Below, one piece after another: positions 1-9,639 of a stretch of DNA of 64,000 nt; the first letter of the stretch is position 1; each line of letters begins with the position of its first letter. The stretch is taken from the NCBI GenBank assembly GCA_046292385.1, contig JBKBRF010000038.1, positions 1 through 64,000 of the forward strand. Direction: 5' to 3'. The notes under the pieces were generated by a model, which was not told where the DNA came from, did not search any database, and worked only from the letters and a program-made list of their open reading frames with translations. Origin of the DNA: Armatimonadota bacterium. Lineage in GTDB: Bacteria > Armatimonadota > SYMT01. The position numbers were made by a program, and so were the translations under genes.

Positions 1-192
1 CGGAACGGAGCCGGCGGCGAAGAACCCGTGATGTCTTCGGCGCCGTCGGCTCCGTGGGGCTACGTACGGGAGCTACCCTCGAACTTTCCGCTTGACGCGA
101 AGCATAGAATCTCCAAAAACCACACCGGAGAGCTGCGTCCGCTTCCCCGGCCGCTGGTGTTTCCCGCAGCCGCAGGTGGGCGTTTCTCTCGC

Positions 193-1347
193 TTACGCGC
201 GGGAGGTCACGATGCCCTGACTGGAGGCCCACTGGGAGAGGTCGTGCCGGGCGAGGGCGGCGGCGGCGAGCTCCGGGAAGAGGTCCGGGGTGCACGCGAA
301 GGCGGGGATCTCGAGCGCCGCCAGCTCGGCGGCGACGGTATGGTCGTACGCCGGAGCGCCCTCGTCGCTCAGCGCGAGGAGGGCCACCATCCGCACCCCG
401 GAGGCGGCCAGGGCGGCGGCGCGCTTCAGCATCTCATCGCGGTTGCCGCCCTCGAAGAGGTCGCTGATCAGCACCAGCACCGTGTCCTCCGGCCGGCGCA
501 CCAGGCTCTGGCAGTAGGCGAGCGCCTGGTTGATGTCGGTGCCGCCCCCGAGCTGCGTGGCGAAGAGGAGATCGACCGGGTCGTCGAGGTCTTCCGTAAG
601 GTCGACCACAGCGGTGTCGAACACCACCATCCGCGTCTCCACGGCGCGCAGGGAGGCGAGGACGGCGCCGAAGACGCTGGCGTAGACCACGGAGGGCGCC
701 ATGGAGCCGCTCTGATCGACGCAGAGGATCACGTCCCGCAGGGAAGAGCGGCGGCGGCCGAAGCCGATGCGCGTCTCCGGGATGATCGTCCGGTGCTCCG
801 GCTGGTAGTGCTTCAGGTTCGCGCGGATGGTGCGGTGCCAGTCGATCTCCTGGTGGCGCGGGCGCCGGTTGCGGACGCTCCGCGCCAGGCTGCCGGAGAC
901 CGCCTGCCGCATCGGCTCCGCCAGCCGGCGCTCCAGCTCCTCCACCACGCGGCGGACCACCGCCCGCGCCGTCTCGCGCGTTGTCTCCGGGATCACCCCC
1001 TTGAGCGAGACAAGCGTCGCGGCAAGCTGCACGTCCGGCACCACGCTTTGCAGCATCTCCGGCTCCAGCAGCATCCGCTTCAGGTTCAGCCGCTCCAGCG
1101 CGTCCTGCTGCATTACCCGCACCACGGAGGCGGGGAAGTAGCCGCGGATATCGCCCAGCCAGCGCGCCACCTTTGGGGCGGAAGCACCGAGCCCGCCGGA
1201 GCGCGGCGCGTCGTAGAGCGCGGCAAGAGCCCCGTCGAGCCCCTGGTCCTCCGGAGTGAGCGGCAGGCCGGTCCCGTCCGCCGCCCCGCCCCCCAGCAGC
1301 AGCCGCCACCGCCGAAGCCGTTCTTCTTCCGGATCTGCGTAAGGCAT
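193..1347 (-). CDS. VWA (CoxE/YehP-like) domain protein
   Basis: 384-aa ORF; N-terminal RLRRWRLLLG, IDWHRTIRANL, MIDAS DQSGSM, GGGTDI, LISDLFEGG. Confidence 0.9.
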   Translation of the reverse strand: MPYADPEEERLRRWRLLLGGGAADGTGLPLTPEDQGLDGALAALYDAPRSGGLGASAPKVARWLGDIRGYFPASVVRVMQQDALERLNLKRMLLEPEMLQSVVPDVQLAATLVSLKGVIPETTRETARAVVRRVVEELERRLAEPMRQAVSGSLARSVRNRRPRHQEIDWHRTIRANLKHYQPEHRTIIPETRIGFGRRRSSLRDVILCVDQSGSMAPSVVYASVFGAVLASLRAVETRMVVFDTAVVDLTEDLDDPVDLLFATQLGGGTDINQALAYCQSLVRRPEDTVLVLISDLFEGGNRDEMLKRAAALAASGVRMVALLALSDEGAPAYDHTVAAELAALEIPAFACTPDLFPELAAAALARHDLSQWASSQGIVTSRA

Positions 1348-1563
1348 GGCTCAAGTGTAAGTAAAGGAGATAAGGGGATGGGACTGGGGATAGGGGGATG
1401 GGAAGCAATCGGGCTAGTTGTTGGCCGCTCTTGAACCACTCCGGACCAGTGTAGGACGACAGGCCAGTCCCGGCGCAGCCTCACCACTAATGACAGCGCC
1501 CCCACCCACTCCTAGTTCTACGCCCTCTCGTTCTCCTACTTCCCCGGCCTCACTGATGCCCAC

Positions 1564-1620
1564 AAGAAGAAGAGGGAGCAGAGCCCGCCGGCTCCCCTCC
1601 CTCTTTCCTCTTTCTTCTCT
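1564..1620. terminator. Probable intrinsic terminator downstream of the small minus-strand ORF
   Basis: Imperfect inverted repeat AAGAGGGAG...CTCCCTCTTT flanked by purine and pyrimidine tracts. Confidence 0.5.
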
Positions 1621-1639
1621 CTTCTTCTGGCTTGTCCCG

Positions 1640-1924
1640 TTAGAACCCGGTCGAGACCTGGTCCCGGTACGGCTGCTGGAACGTCTGCTGCTCGGTGGTG
1701 ACCGTCGGCTCTTCCGTGTAGTAGCCCGCCGGCTCTTCGTCGCGGCCCGACATGAACCGCTTGCCGACCTGGCGCGGGTCCTGGCCCGCCATGATGTCGC
1801 GGAAGCCCTGCCGGGCCCGGTCGATCGTCCCCTTGATGCCGCCCGGCTGCTTCGACGCCCAGTAGGCTGCTCCGCCGAGCGCGGCCATCGTCAACAATCC
1901 CCTCATCCGGTCACTCCCTCTCAT
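1640..1924 (-). CDS. Small hypothetical protein with N-terminal hydrophobic anchor (alternative start 1906)
   Basis: 3' part of ORF 1640..2353; ATG at 1924 follows GGAGG, ATG at 1906 follows GAGGGAG; MRGLLTMAALGGAAYWASK; GC-biased codon usage. Confidence 0.7.
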   Translation of the reverse strand: MRGSDRMRGLLTMAALGGAAYWASKQPGGIKGTIDRARQGFRDIMAGQDPRQVGKRFMSGRDEEPAGYYTEEPTVTTEQQTFQQPYRDQVSTGF

Positions 1925-2011
1925 CGTCTTCCTCCGTTTCGGAGTCCGGCCGATCCCGTGCGCCGGCCGTTGGGAGGGTTCTACCCGGCCTCGCGCGGAA
2001 TCAGCCCCACC

Positions 2012-2103
2012 AGGGATCGAGAGACGGATGGGGCGGGATGGGGCACGGTGCGGAGTGAACTCCGCGCATCCGTTCCGCCGGGGGTCAACCCCCGGCGATC
2101 CCT
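2012..2103. repeat. Nested palindromic (REP-like or structured RNA) element
   Basis: AGGGATCG/CGATCCCT outer stem, ACGGATG/CATCCGT stem, hairpins GCGGAG-TGAA-CTCCGC and CGCCGGGGG-TCAA-CCCCCGGCG. Confidence 0.55.
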
Positions 2104-2194
2104 CGTTGATGCCGCCCTGTTTCCTTACAGCTCTTCCCAGCCGCGGAGCACGAAGACCCGCGGAAGCGCGGGACGAGAGGGGCAGGTCGGCGGG

Positions 2195-2200
2195 TATAAT
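2195..2200 (+). promoter_or_regulatory. Putative -10 box of the pseudouridine synthase gene
   Basis: Perfect TATAAT in GC-rich context about 25 nt before the likely TTG start. Confidence 0.55.
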
Positions 2201-2225
2201 CGTCGAGTTCCGCTCACGCACGCGA

Positions 2226-3272
2226 TTGCCGGAGACTGCCTTGTCCGCCCCCGCCGCACCCCAGGAGCCAGGCCCGGTCCTGGTTGTCGACCACCAGGCC
2301 GGAGAGCGCCTCGACCGGGCGCTCCAGGAGGAGCTTCCGGAGCTCTCCCGCACCGCCGTGCAGCGGCTGGTGCAGGAGGGCCGCGTCCGGGTGAATGGGC
2401 GAGAGGAGCGGGTCGGTTACAAGCTGCGAGCGGGGGACCGGGTCGAGTGGACCCTGCCCCCACCGGAGCCGGTGGAGTCCCGCATGCAGCCGGAGGAGAT
2501 CCCGCTCGACGTCGTCTTCGAGGATGACGAGCTGCTCGTTATCGATAAGCCGAAGGGACTGGTGGTCCACCCCGCGGCCGGACACGCCTCCGGCACGCTG
2601 GTGAACGCCGTCCTGGCGCACGCGGGCGACGACCTCACCGGGATCGGCGGCGTGGAGCGGCCGGGGATCGTCCACCGGCTGGATCGCGACACCTCCGGCC
2701 TGATCGTCGTGGCCAAGACGGAGCCGGCCTACCGCTCGCTCCAGCGGCAGATCGCGGAGCGCTCCGCCGAGCGCCGGTACGTGGCGGTCGTGCGAGGGCA
2801 GCCGCGGTTCGAACAGGCGACCGTGGATGCGCCGATCGGCCGCCACCCGGGAAACCGGCAGAAGATGGCGGTAATCCCGCCCGGGAGCAGCCACACCCAC
2901 CGGGAAGCGCAGACCGATCTCCGCGTGCTCGACCGGTTCCCGGGGCTGGCGCTGCTGGAGGCGCGCCTGCGCACGGGCCGTACCCACCAGATCCGCGTCC
3001 ACTGCGCCTACATCCACCTGCCGGTGGTGGGCGATTCCACTTACGGCGTCTCCGGCCTCGAGCGCGCCGCCGATCTGGCGCCGCAAGTCCGCGCCGCCAT
3101 CGCCGCGCTGGAGGGCCAGGCGCTCCACGCCTACCGCCTCTCGTTCGATCACCCGACCACCGGCGAGCGGCTGCAGTTCGTGCGCCCTCCGGCTGCCGAC
3201 ATGCAGTCACTCCTCCACGCCCTCGGGAGCACCTGGACCCCGCGCGAAGACGACCCCTGGCCCGGCACCTGA
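2226..3272 (+). CDS. rluD: RluA-family (RluD-like) 23S rRNA pseudouridine synthase; start approximate
   Basis: S4 domain (GERLDRAL..LSRT), DKPKGLVVHP, catalytic HRLDRDTSG, TGRTHQIRVH, QALHAYRL. Confidence 0.93.
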   Translation: MPETALSAPAAPQEPGPVLVVDHQAGERLDRALQEELPELSRTAVQRLVQEGRVRVNGREERVGYKLRAGDRVEWTLPPPEPVESRMQPEEIPLDVVFEDDELLVIDKPKGLVVHPAAGHASGTLVNAVLAHAGDDLTGIGGVERPGIVHRLDRDTSGLIVVAKTEPAYRSLQRQIAERSAERRYVAVVRGQPRFEQATVDAPIGRHPGNRQKMAVIPPGSSHTHREAQTDLRVLDRFPGLALLEARLRTGRTHQIRVHCAYIHLPVVGDSTYGVSGLERAADLAPQVRAAIAALEGQALHAYRLSFDHPTTGERLQFVRPPAADMQSLLHALGSTWTPREDDPWPGT

Positions 3273-3573
3273 CGACCTCTGGCCGGGCCGGCAGGGGACT
3301 CACGAAACGGTAGACCCGCCGGTTGATCGGAATTGGTACAATGGCCGCGTCAGTGGTGTAAGCTCTTAGTTGGCAAGCGACCGATCCCGTGTCTCCCCCT
3401 GCGGCGGACTCCTCCCGTCCAGGTCGACTCACTTGCTCCGTCCCGCCGGCGCCTTAGCCTCACCTCATCGGCGGCTGGCCCGATCCATCACCAGCGCGTA
3501 CATGGCCGCGCGCCCCGGTGTCCGGCCTTCGCGGGCGTCCTCACATCGGCCGTGTTGTAGGAGTTATTACCTC

Positions 3574-5055
3574 ATGTTCTTCAGGAAACATCCGCAGGCC
3601 GGCCGGTGCTGGGCCCCGATCGCGGGACTTGCGGCAGCGTGGGTCGTCGTCGCTGTGCTGGGTGCTCAGCGCGTCTCGGCGGATATTCCGGCGCGGTATC
3701 AGATCACGGGTTTCGGTGACCTGACAGAGATAGAGACCTACGGGATCGGCATCAATGATGCCGGGGCGGTCGTCGGCTATGCCGCCTCCACCTCTGGGGC
3801 CCGGCTGCCGGTTCGCTGGAGCAATGGAGTGCTGACACAGCTCCCCTCCGAGAGCGGCGGCCTGGCTTACGACATCAACAACCAGGGCCAGATCGTCGGT
3901 CACGTGGGCAGCGCTCTCCCGCAGGCGGTGTTCTTTACCGAAGAAGGGCCGCAGACGCTGGATACCCTGGGGAGCGCGGAGAGCGTAGCTCTCGGGCTGA
4001 ACGACTCGGGTCAGGTGGTCGGCTCCTACCGAATGCCGGACAGTAATCTCGATCTGCCGTACCTCTGGCAGAATGGGACGATGGCGCCACTTGCCCTCCC
4101 GGCGAACACCTCCCAAGGGGAGGCGCTGGGAATCAGCAACTCGGGCTACATTGCCGGCGTTGCGATGGATGAGAACCGGGCCAACTATCCGGTCCGCTGG
4201 TCCCCAACCGGCGAGCCGGAGCTTCTGCGCGGTCGCAACGGGGCACTCATCTCCGGACAGGTCGTCGGCGTCAACGACGCCGGGGACGTCGCCGGATCGA
4301 TCAACACCGGGGACAGCCAGCACGCTGCGATCTGGCGGAACGGTAACCTGATCGAGCTCAAGATCCCCAACACCACGGCGAGCCACGCGTTCTCGGTGAA
4401 CAACCTGGGCCAGGTGGCGGTCTGGGCGCTCGACCGGGGGATCTCCGACGTCGCCTATATCTGGGAAGACCTGAACGGCAACAACCGATCCGATAAGGGT
4501 GAAGCAGTCAAGCTCAGCACTCTTCTCCCGCGACCGACGGAGTGGCGACTGCAGCGCGTCACTGCGATCAGCGACACCGGCAAGATCGCCGGCTTCGGCC
4601 TGTACCGGGGCTCAGTGCGCGGCTTCGTGCTGGAGCCGCTCTCCGCCCCCAGGCCGGACCTGACCGTCTCGCTGGGTGAGATCACGACCACGACGGTGGG
4701 CCGCGGCCGCAAGCGGAAGCCGGGGCTGCAGATGCCGGTGACGGTAACCAACCTCGGCGCCAAGAAGGTGAAGTTCAAGAAGCCGCTGGTGGTGGAGTAC
4801 TACTTCTCCACCGATGACCAGCTCGACGCGGGCGACCTCCGCCTGGGCAAGTCATCCGTCAGCGGCACCCTGCAGGCGCACCCGCACCCGCGCGACTCGA
4901 AGAGCTTCACCGCCAAGGTGGCGCTGCCGCTCGACTTCGACCCGTCGCAGCTCCCCGAAGGGTACCTCCTCGCCAAGGTGGATGCTTCCGATAAGGTGGC
5001 CGAGTCGAACGAAGAGAACAACGTCGGCAGCCAGGTGCTGGTGATCGCCGACTGA
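3574..5055 (+). CDS. Secreted HAF-repeat beta-propeller-like protein with C-terminal CARDB/Ig-like domain (paralog 1)
   Basis: AGGAG RBS, signal peptide, repeated (G/D)INDxGxVVG units, C-terminal PDL...VTNLG...VDASDKVAESNEENN. Confidence 0.8.
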   Translation: MFFRKHPQAGRCWAPIAGLAAAWVVVAVLGAQRVSADIPARYQITGFGDLTEIETYGIGINDAGAVVGYAASTSGARLPVRWSNGVLTQLPSESGGLAYDINNQGQIVGHVGSALPQAVFFTEEGPQTLDTLGSAESVALGLNDSGQVVGSYRMPDSNLDLPYLWQNGTMAPLALPANTSQGEALGISNSGYIAGVAMDENRANYPVRWSPTGEPELLRGRNGALISGQVVGVNDAGDVAGSINTGDSQHAAIWRNGNLIELKIPNTTASHAFSVNNLGQVAVWALDRGISDVAYIWEDLNGNNRSDKGEAVKLSTLLPRPTEWRLQRVTAISDTGKIAGFGLYRGSVRGFVLEPLSAPRPDLTVSLGEITTTTVGRGRKRKPGLQMPVTVTNLGAKKVKFKKPLVVEYYFSTDDQLDAGDLRLGKSSVSGTLQAHPHPRDSKSFTAKVALPLDFDPSQLPEGYLLAKVDASDKVAESNEENNVGSQVLVIAD

Positions 5056-5058
5056 TCC
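4657..5058 (+). repeat. Direct repeat copy 1 (CARDB-coding segment)
   Basis: Near-identical to 7487..7888 at offset 2830. Confidence 0.95.
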
Positions 5059-5112
5059 CTGCATCGAACCGTATGGGTGGCCGGGGAGTCCGGATCGGGA
5101 ACGGTCCGGCCC

Positions 5113-5348
5113 CCGGCAGATCGCGGTGCTCCACCTGGCGCCGGAGCATGAAGGAGACACGCGGGCAGCTGCGGCTCGAGCAGGCGGCGGTCGACGCGCC
5201 GATCTGACGCCCGCAGGTGCGCGCCGCCATCTAGGCGCTCCACGCCTACCGCCTCTCGTTCGATCACCCGACCACCGGCGAGCGGCTGCAGTTCGTGGGC
5301 CCTCCGGCTGCCGACATGCCGGCACTTCTCCCGGCACCTCACGACCTC
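5113..5348 (+). pseudogene. Degenerate duplicate of the 3' half of rluD
   Basis: Colinear patches matching about 2745-2837, 3069-3101, 3118-3204 and 3261-3279, with internal deletions and stop codons. Confidence 0.88.
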
Positions 5349-5662
5349 CGCTCGAAGCCTCCGGTCGCCCCAAACTGTAAGACATGGCAACTGGTATGGC
5401 ATGGGCACAGACTGATCAAAATTGGACAATTTTCTTCTCGCCGGGGTAAGCTCTTGGATGACAGGCGGGCTACCGCTTGTCATCCTTCACGCGGACCTTC
5501 CGCCGTGAAGGTAATTGAACCTCTCCCCTCCCGTCCGCGCCTTGCCCTCACCTGGCCGGCGGCTGGCTCGATGCAGCACGGGCGCGTGTTCGGCCGGCGC
5601 GCTCCCATGCCCCGCCTTCGCGGGGTTCCTCCGACCGGCCGTGTTGTAGGAGTTGTTTCCTC

Positions 5663-7885
5663 GTGTTTTCCAAGATGTACCCGCAGGGCGGGCGCCGGTG
5701 GCTGCCGGTGACCGGCCTGGCGGTGGCGTTCTCCGCGCTGGCCGCGGTAGGACCCCGACCGGCCGTGGCGGAGCTTCCCGCCCGCCTGCAGATCACCAGC
5801 ATCGGTGATCTGAACGGTATGCAGACCTTCGCTTCCGGCATCAACGACGCCGGCGTCGTGGTGGGCTATGCCGCCGCGACCGGCTCCCACCTGCCGGTCC
5901 GCTGGAGCAATGGCACCCTCACCCAGATCCCCTCCGGCATCTCCGGGGGAGTAGCGACCGACGTCAACAACCAGGACCAGGTCGTCGGCCACCTCGGCGG
6001 CGCGCGCCCGCAGGCGGTTCTCTACGGCGTGAATGGCCCGCAGGAGCTCAACACGCTCGGCGCCCAGCAGAGCTACGCGGCGGCGCTGAACGACCTGACG
6101 CAGGTAGTCGGCTGGTACCGCATGCCGGAGAGCGACTTCGACCTGCCGTACCTCTGGCAGAACGGGACCATGGCGGCGCTGGCGCTCCCCGCCAACACGT
6201 CCGAGGGTCTGGCGGTCGCCATCAGCAACTCCGGCTACGTGGCAGGCTACGCGCTCGACGGCGACTTCCTCCCCTACCCGGTGCGGTGGTCGCAATCGCT
6301 GGAGCCGGCGGTCCTCCCCGGGCCCGGCGGAACGGTGGTGATGGGGCAGGCGTCCGGGGTCAACGACGCTGGAGACGTCTCCGGATCGATCATTACCGAC
6401 GGCTGGCAGCGGCCGGTGGTCTGGCGAAACGGTCAGCCGATCATCATCGACGACCTGCCGGACGCCGTGGCCGGCCACGCGGTGGCGGTGAACAACCTGG
6501 GCCAGGTCCTGGTCTCCGCGGTCACGGTGGGCAACGATGAGCTGACCTTCCTCTGGGAAGACCTGAACGGCAACGGCGAGTCCGATCCGGGTGAAGCCGT
6601 CAACCTCAGCACCCTGCTCCCGCAGCCGAGCGCCTGGCGACTGGTGCAGGTGACCGGTCTCAGCGATACCGGCCGCATCGCCGGCTGGGGCCGTCTGAAC
6701 GGCTCCGTGCGCGGCTTCGTGCTCACCCCCGCGGGAGCCCCGCAGCCGGATCTCTCGCTGGAGATCACCCCGGCGCCGCTCCCGGCGCGGGTGGGGCAGG
6801 AGCTCACCTACACGGTGACGATCCGCAACCAGGGTGAAGCCGACGCGACCAACTCCGCGCTGGTAGTGACTCTGCCGGACACCGCCGAGCTCGTCAGCGG
6901 CAACCCGTCCCCGGTCCGAGCCACCAACGGCGCGCTCGTCTTCGGCTTCGACACGCTCGCGGCCGGGGCCACGGCGAACGCCACGCTGACGGTCCGTCCG
7001 GAGGAGCTCGGTGAGCTGGACGTTCAGTTCACCGCGGTCAGCGCGCAGAACGACGCGCAGCCGGGCAACAACAACATGAGCGTGGTGGTCGAGGTGCTGG
7101 AAGCGGCTCCCGCGGGGGTCGACCTGGCCCTCGAGCTGAGCGAGGTAGCGCCGCTCCCCGGCCGCACCGGCAAGCCGCTGACCTTCACCTTCACCGTCAC
7201 CAATAGCGGGGTAGAGACGGCGCAGGGCGCGCAGCTCATCGTCGGCCCGCTCAGCGGCGCCAAGTTCGTGGAGTCGAAGCCGAAGGCGAAGGAGCACAAC
7301 GGCCACTACCTCATCAAGCTCGGCAGCCTGTCCGCGGGCGCCAGCAAGACCGTCACCTTCGAGGTGCGTCCGACGCGGGAGGGCTCGTTCCACCTCTCCG
7401 CCTCCGCCAATTCGCAAGCGGAAGAGGCGAACCTCGAGAACAACAACGTCGAGACGTTCCTCGGTATCGAGGGTCCCGCCCGCCCCGACCTCACCGTCTC
7501 GCTGGGTGAGATCACCACCGCGACGGTGGGCCGCGGCCGCAAGCGGAAGCCGGGGCTGCAGATGCCGGTGACGGTGACCAACCTCGGCGCCGCGGCGGTG
7601 AAGTTCAAGAAGCCGCTGGTGGTGGAGTACTACTTCTCCACCGATGACCAGCTCGACGCGGGCGACCTCCGCCTGGGCAAGTCGACCGTCTCGGGCAAGC
7701 TGCAGGCGCACCCGCACCCGCGCGACTCGAAGAGCTTCACTGCCAAGGTGGCGCTGCCGCTCGACTTCGACCCGTCGCAGCTCCCCGAAGGGTACCTCCT
7801 CGCCAAGGTGGATGCTTCCGATAAGGTGGCCGAGTCGAACGAAGAGAACAACGTCGGCAGCCAGGTGCTGGTGATCGCCGACTGA
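5663..7885 (+). CDS. Secreted HAF-repeat protein with two DUF11-like Ig domains and C-terminal CARDB (paralog 2)
   Basis: GTG after AGGAG; same repeats as paralog 1; PDLSL...VGQELTYTVTIRNQG and DLAL...GKPLTFTFTVTNSG domains. Confidence 0.82.
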   Translation: MFSKMYPQGGRRWLPVTGLAVAFSALAAVGPRPAVAELPARLQITSIGDLNGMQTFASGINDAGVVVGYAAATGSHLPVRWSNGTLTQIPSGISGGVATDVNNQDQVVGHLGGARPQAVLYGVNGPQELNTLGAQQSYAAALNDLTQVVGWYRMPESDFDLPYLWQNGTMAALALPANTSEGLAVAISNSGYVAGYALDGDFLPYPVRWSQSLEPAVLPGPGGTVVMGQASGVNDAGDVSGSIITDGWQRPVVWRNGQPIIIDDLPDAVAGHAVAVNNLGQVLVSAVTVGNDELTFLWEDLNGNGESDPGEAVNLSTLLPQPSAWRLVQVTGLSDTGRIAGWGRLNGSVRGFVLTPAGAPQPDLSLEITPAPLPARVGQELTYTVTIRNQGEADATNSALVVTLPDTAELVSGNPSPVRATNGALVFGFDTLAAGATANATLTVRPEELGELDVQFTAVSAQNDAQPGNNNMSVVVEVLEAAPAGVDLALELSEVAPLPGRTGKPLTFTFTVTNSGVETAQGAQLIVGPLSGAKFVESKPKAKEHNGHYLIKLGSLSAGASKTVTFEVRPTREGSFHLSASANSQAEEANLENNNVETFLGIEGPARPDLTVSLGEITTATVGRGRKRKPGLQMPVTVTNLGAAAVKFKKPLVVEYYFSTDDQLDAGDLRLGKSTVSGKLQAHPHPRDSKSFTAKVALPLDFDPSQLPEGYLLAKVDASDKVAESNEENNVGSQVLVIAD

Positions 7886-7888
7886 TCC
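7487..7888 (+). repeat. Direct repeat copy 2 (CARDB-coding segment)
   Basis: Near-identical to 4657..5058. Confidence 0.95.
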
Positions 7889-7909
7889 GGCGTCATGCCG
7901 TGAAACGGT

Positions 7910-7944
7910 GGGGTCCGGACCAGAGCTGGTCCGGACCCCTTTTT
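7910..7944 (+). terminator. Rho-independent terminator
   Basis: GGGGTCCGGACCAG-AG-CTGGTCCGGACCCC followed by TTTTT. Confidence 0.9.
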
Positions 7945-8062
7945 GATTCGTCTGTGCCCGCGACGCGACGGGAGGCAGGAACGCACCCCACCCTCGCGCG
8001 AAGGAAAGCGAGTGCGGGCGCCCACGCGATGCCCGGCCCGTGATCCCGAGAGGAGCCCCCGA

Positions 8063-9604
8063 ATGACCCGTCTCCCCGCCCTCCGTTATCTGCTGCCGCT
8101 GGCGCTGCTCCTGGCCGCCGGGATCGCGGCGCCGGGCGCCTCTCAGGAGCGACAGCGACCGCCGCAGCCGGTGGAGACGGCGCCCCCGGGGCCGACGGCG
8201 GAGCCGGTGCGGACGGTGCAGGAGATCCGGGTGGACGGCCGCGTGCTGCGGTACGCGGTCACGACCGGCTTCCTGCCGCTCACCTCCGACACCGGCGAGA
8301 AGGAGGCGGAAGTCTTCTTCATCGCCTACACGCTGGAGGGCGACCACAAGCCGGCGGAGCGGCCGCTGATGTTCTCCTTCAACGGGGGGCCCGGCTCCTC
8401 GTCGGTCTGGCTCCATCTGGGGGCGCTCGGCCCGAAGCGGGTGAAGATGCTGCCGGACGGCAACCTGCCGCCCGCCCCGTACGAGCTGGTGGAGAACCCC
8501 CACACCTGGCTCACGGAGTCCGACCTCGTCTTCATCGATCCGGTCGGCACCGGCTACAGCCGCCCCGCGCGCGCGGAGCAGGGGCGCCGCTACTGGGGCC
8601 TGCGCGGCGACATCGAGTCGGTGGGGGACTTCATCCGCCTCTACCTGACCCGCTATGAGCGCTGGGCCTCTCCGCTCTTCCTGGTCGGCGAGAGCTACGG
8701 CACCACCCGCGCCGCCGGGCTGGTCGGCGATCTGGTCGAGAAGGGGGTCGCCTTCAACGGGGTGCTGCTGATCTCCTCGGTGCTCAACTTCCAGACGCTG
8801 CGCTTCGGCGTGGGGAACGACCTGCCGTACCAGCTCTATCTGCCCACCTACACCGCCACCGCCTGGTACCACAAGAAGCTGCCGCCGGAGCTGCAGCGAG
8901 ACCTGGGCCGCACCCTGGAAGAGGTGGAGCGCTTCACCATCGAGGAGTACACCCCGGCGCTCATGAAGGGGACCAACCTCTCCGACGCGGAGCGGCGCGC
9001 CGTCGCCCAGAAGGTGGCGCGCTACACCGGTCTCTCGCCGGAGTACGTGGAGCAGACGAACCTGCGGATCGAGATCTTCCGCTTCACCAAGGAGCTGCTG
9101 CGCGACCAGCGGAAGACGGTGGGGCGCCTCGATAGCCGCTTCACCGGCTTTGATGTGGACGCTGCCGGCGAGAGCCCGGACTACGACCCGAGCATGACCG
9201 CCATCCGTCCCCCCTATACCGCGGCGTTCAACGACTACGTCCGCCGGGAGCTCGGCTTCCGCACCGACCGGACCTACCACATCCTCGGCGGCGGCATCAA
9301 CGCCCCCTGGGAGTGGCTGCGGCCCGGCGCGCAGGGCTACGCCGACACGAGCGACGACCTGCGCGCCGCGCTGGTGAAAAACCCCTACATGAAGGTGTTC
9401 GTCGGCTCCGGCTACTTCGATCTCGCCACGCCGTACTTCGCCACGGAGTACACCCTCAGCCACCTGGGCCTGGAGAAGCCGCTCCGGAACAACCTCACCG
9501 TGCGTGAGTACCGCGCCGGCCACATGATGTACATCGACGAGCAGGAGCTGGTGAAGCTGCGGAACGACGTGGTCGAGTTCCTGCGCTCCGCCGCCCGGCG
9601 CTGA
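8063..9604 (+). CDS. Secreted peptidase S10 (serine carboxypeptidase)
   Basis: AGGAG RBS, signal peptide, FNGGPGSSS, FIDPVGTGYS, catalytic GESYG, GYFDLATP, GHMMY. Confidence 0.93.
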   Translation: MTRLPALRYLLPLALLLAAGIAAPGASQERQRPPQPVETAPPGPTAEPVRTVQEIRVDGRVLRYAVTTGFLPLTSDTGEKEAEVFFIAYTLEGDHKPAERPLMFSFNGGPGSSSVWLHLGALGPKRVKMLPDGNLPPAPYELVENPHTWLTESDLVFIDPVGTGYSRPARAEQGRRYWGLRGDIESVGDFIRLYLTRYERWASPLFLVGESYGTTRAAGLVGDLVEKGVAFNGVLLISSVLNFQTLRFGVGNDLPYQLYLPTYTATAWYHKKLPPELQRDLGRTLEEVERFTIEEYTPALMKGTNLSDAERRAVAQKVARYTGLSPEYVEQTNLRIEIFRFTKELLRDQRKTVGRLDSRFTGFDVDAAGESPDYDPSMTAIRPPYTAAFNDYVRRELGFRTDRTYHILGGGINAPWEWLRPGAQGYADTSDDLRAALVKNPYMKVFVGSGYFDLATPYFATEYTLSHLGLEKPLRNNLTVREYRAGHMMYIDEQELVKLRNDVVEFLRSAARR

Positions 9605-9639
9605 GTGCCGCCCAGAGCGACACAGGAGAGGGTCCGCTG

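Noticed and set aside
73..105. 10-codon minus-strand ORF MLRVKRKVRG after GGAG
   Set aside because: Too short to support, and its downstream context is cut by the window edge.
4657..7888. Near-identical repeat pair as DGR template and variable repeats
   Set aside because: No reverse transcriptase, both copies are coding, and differences are not adenine-specific.
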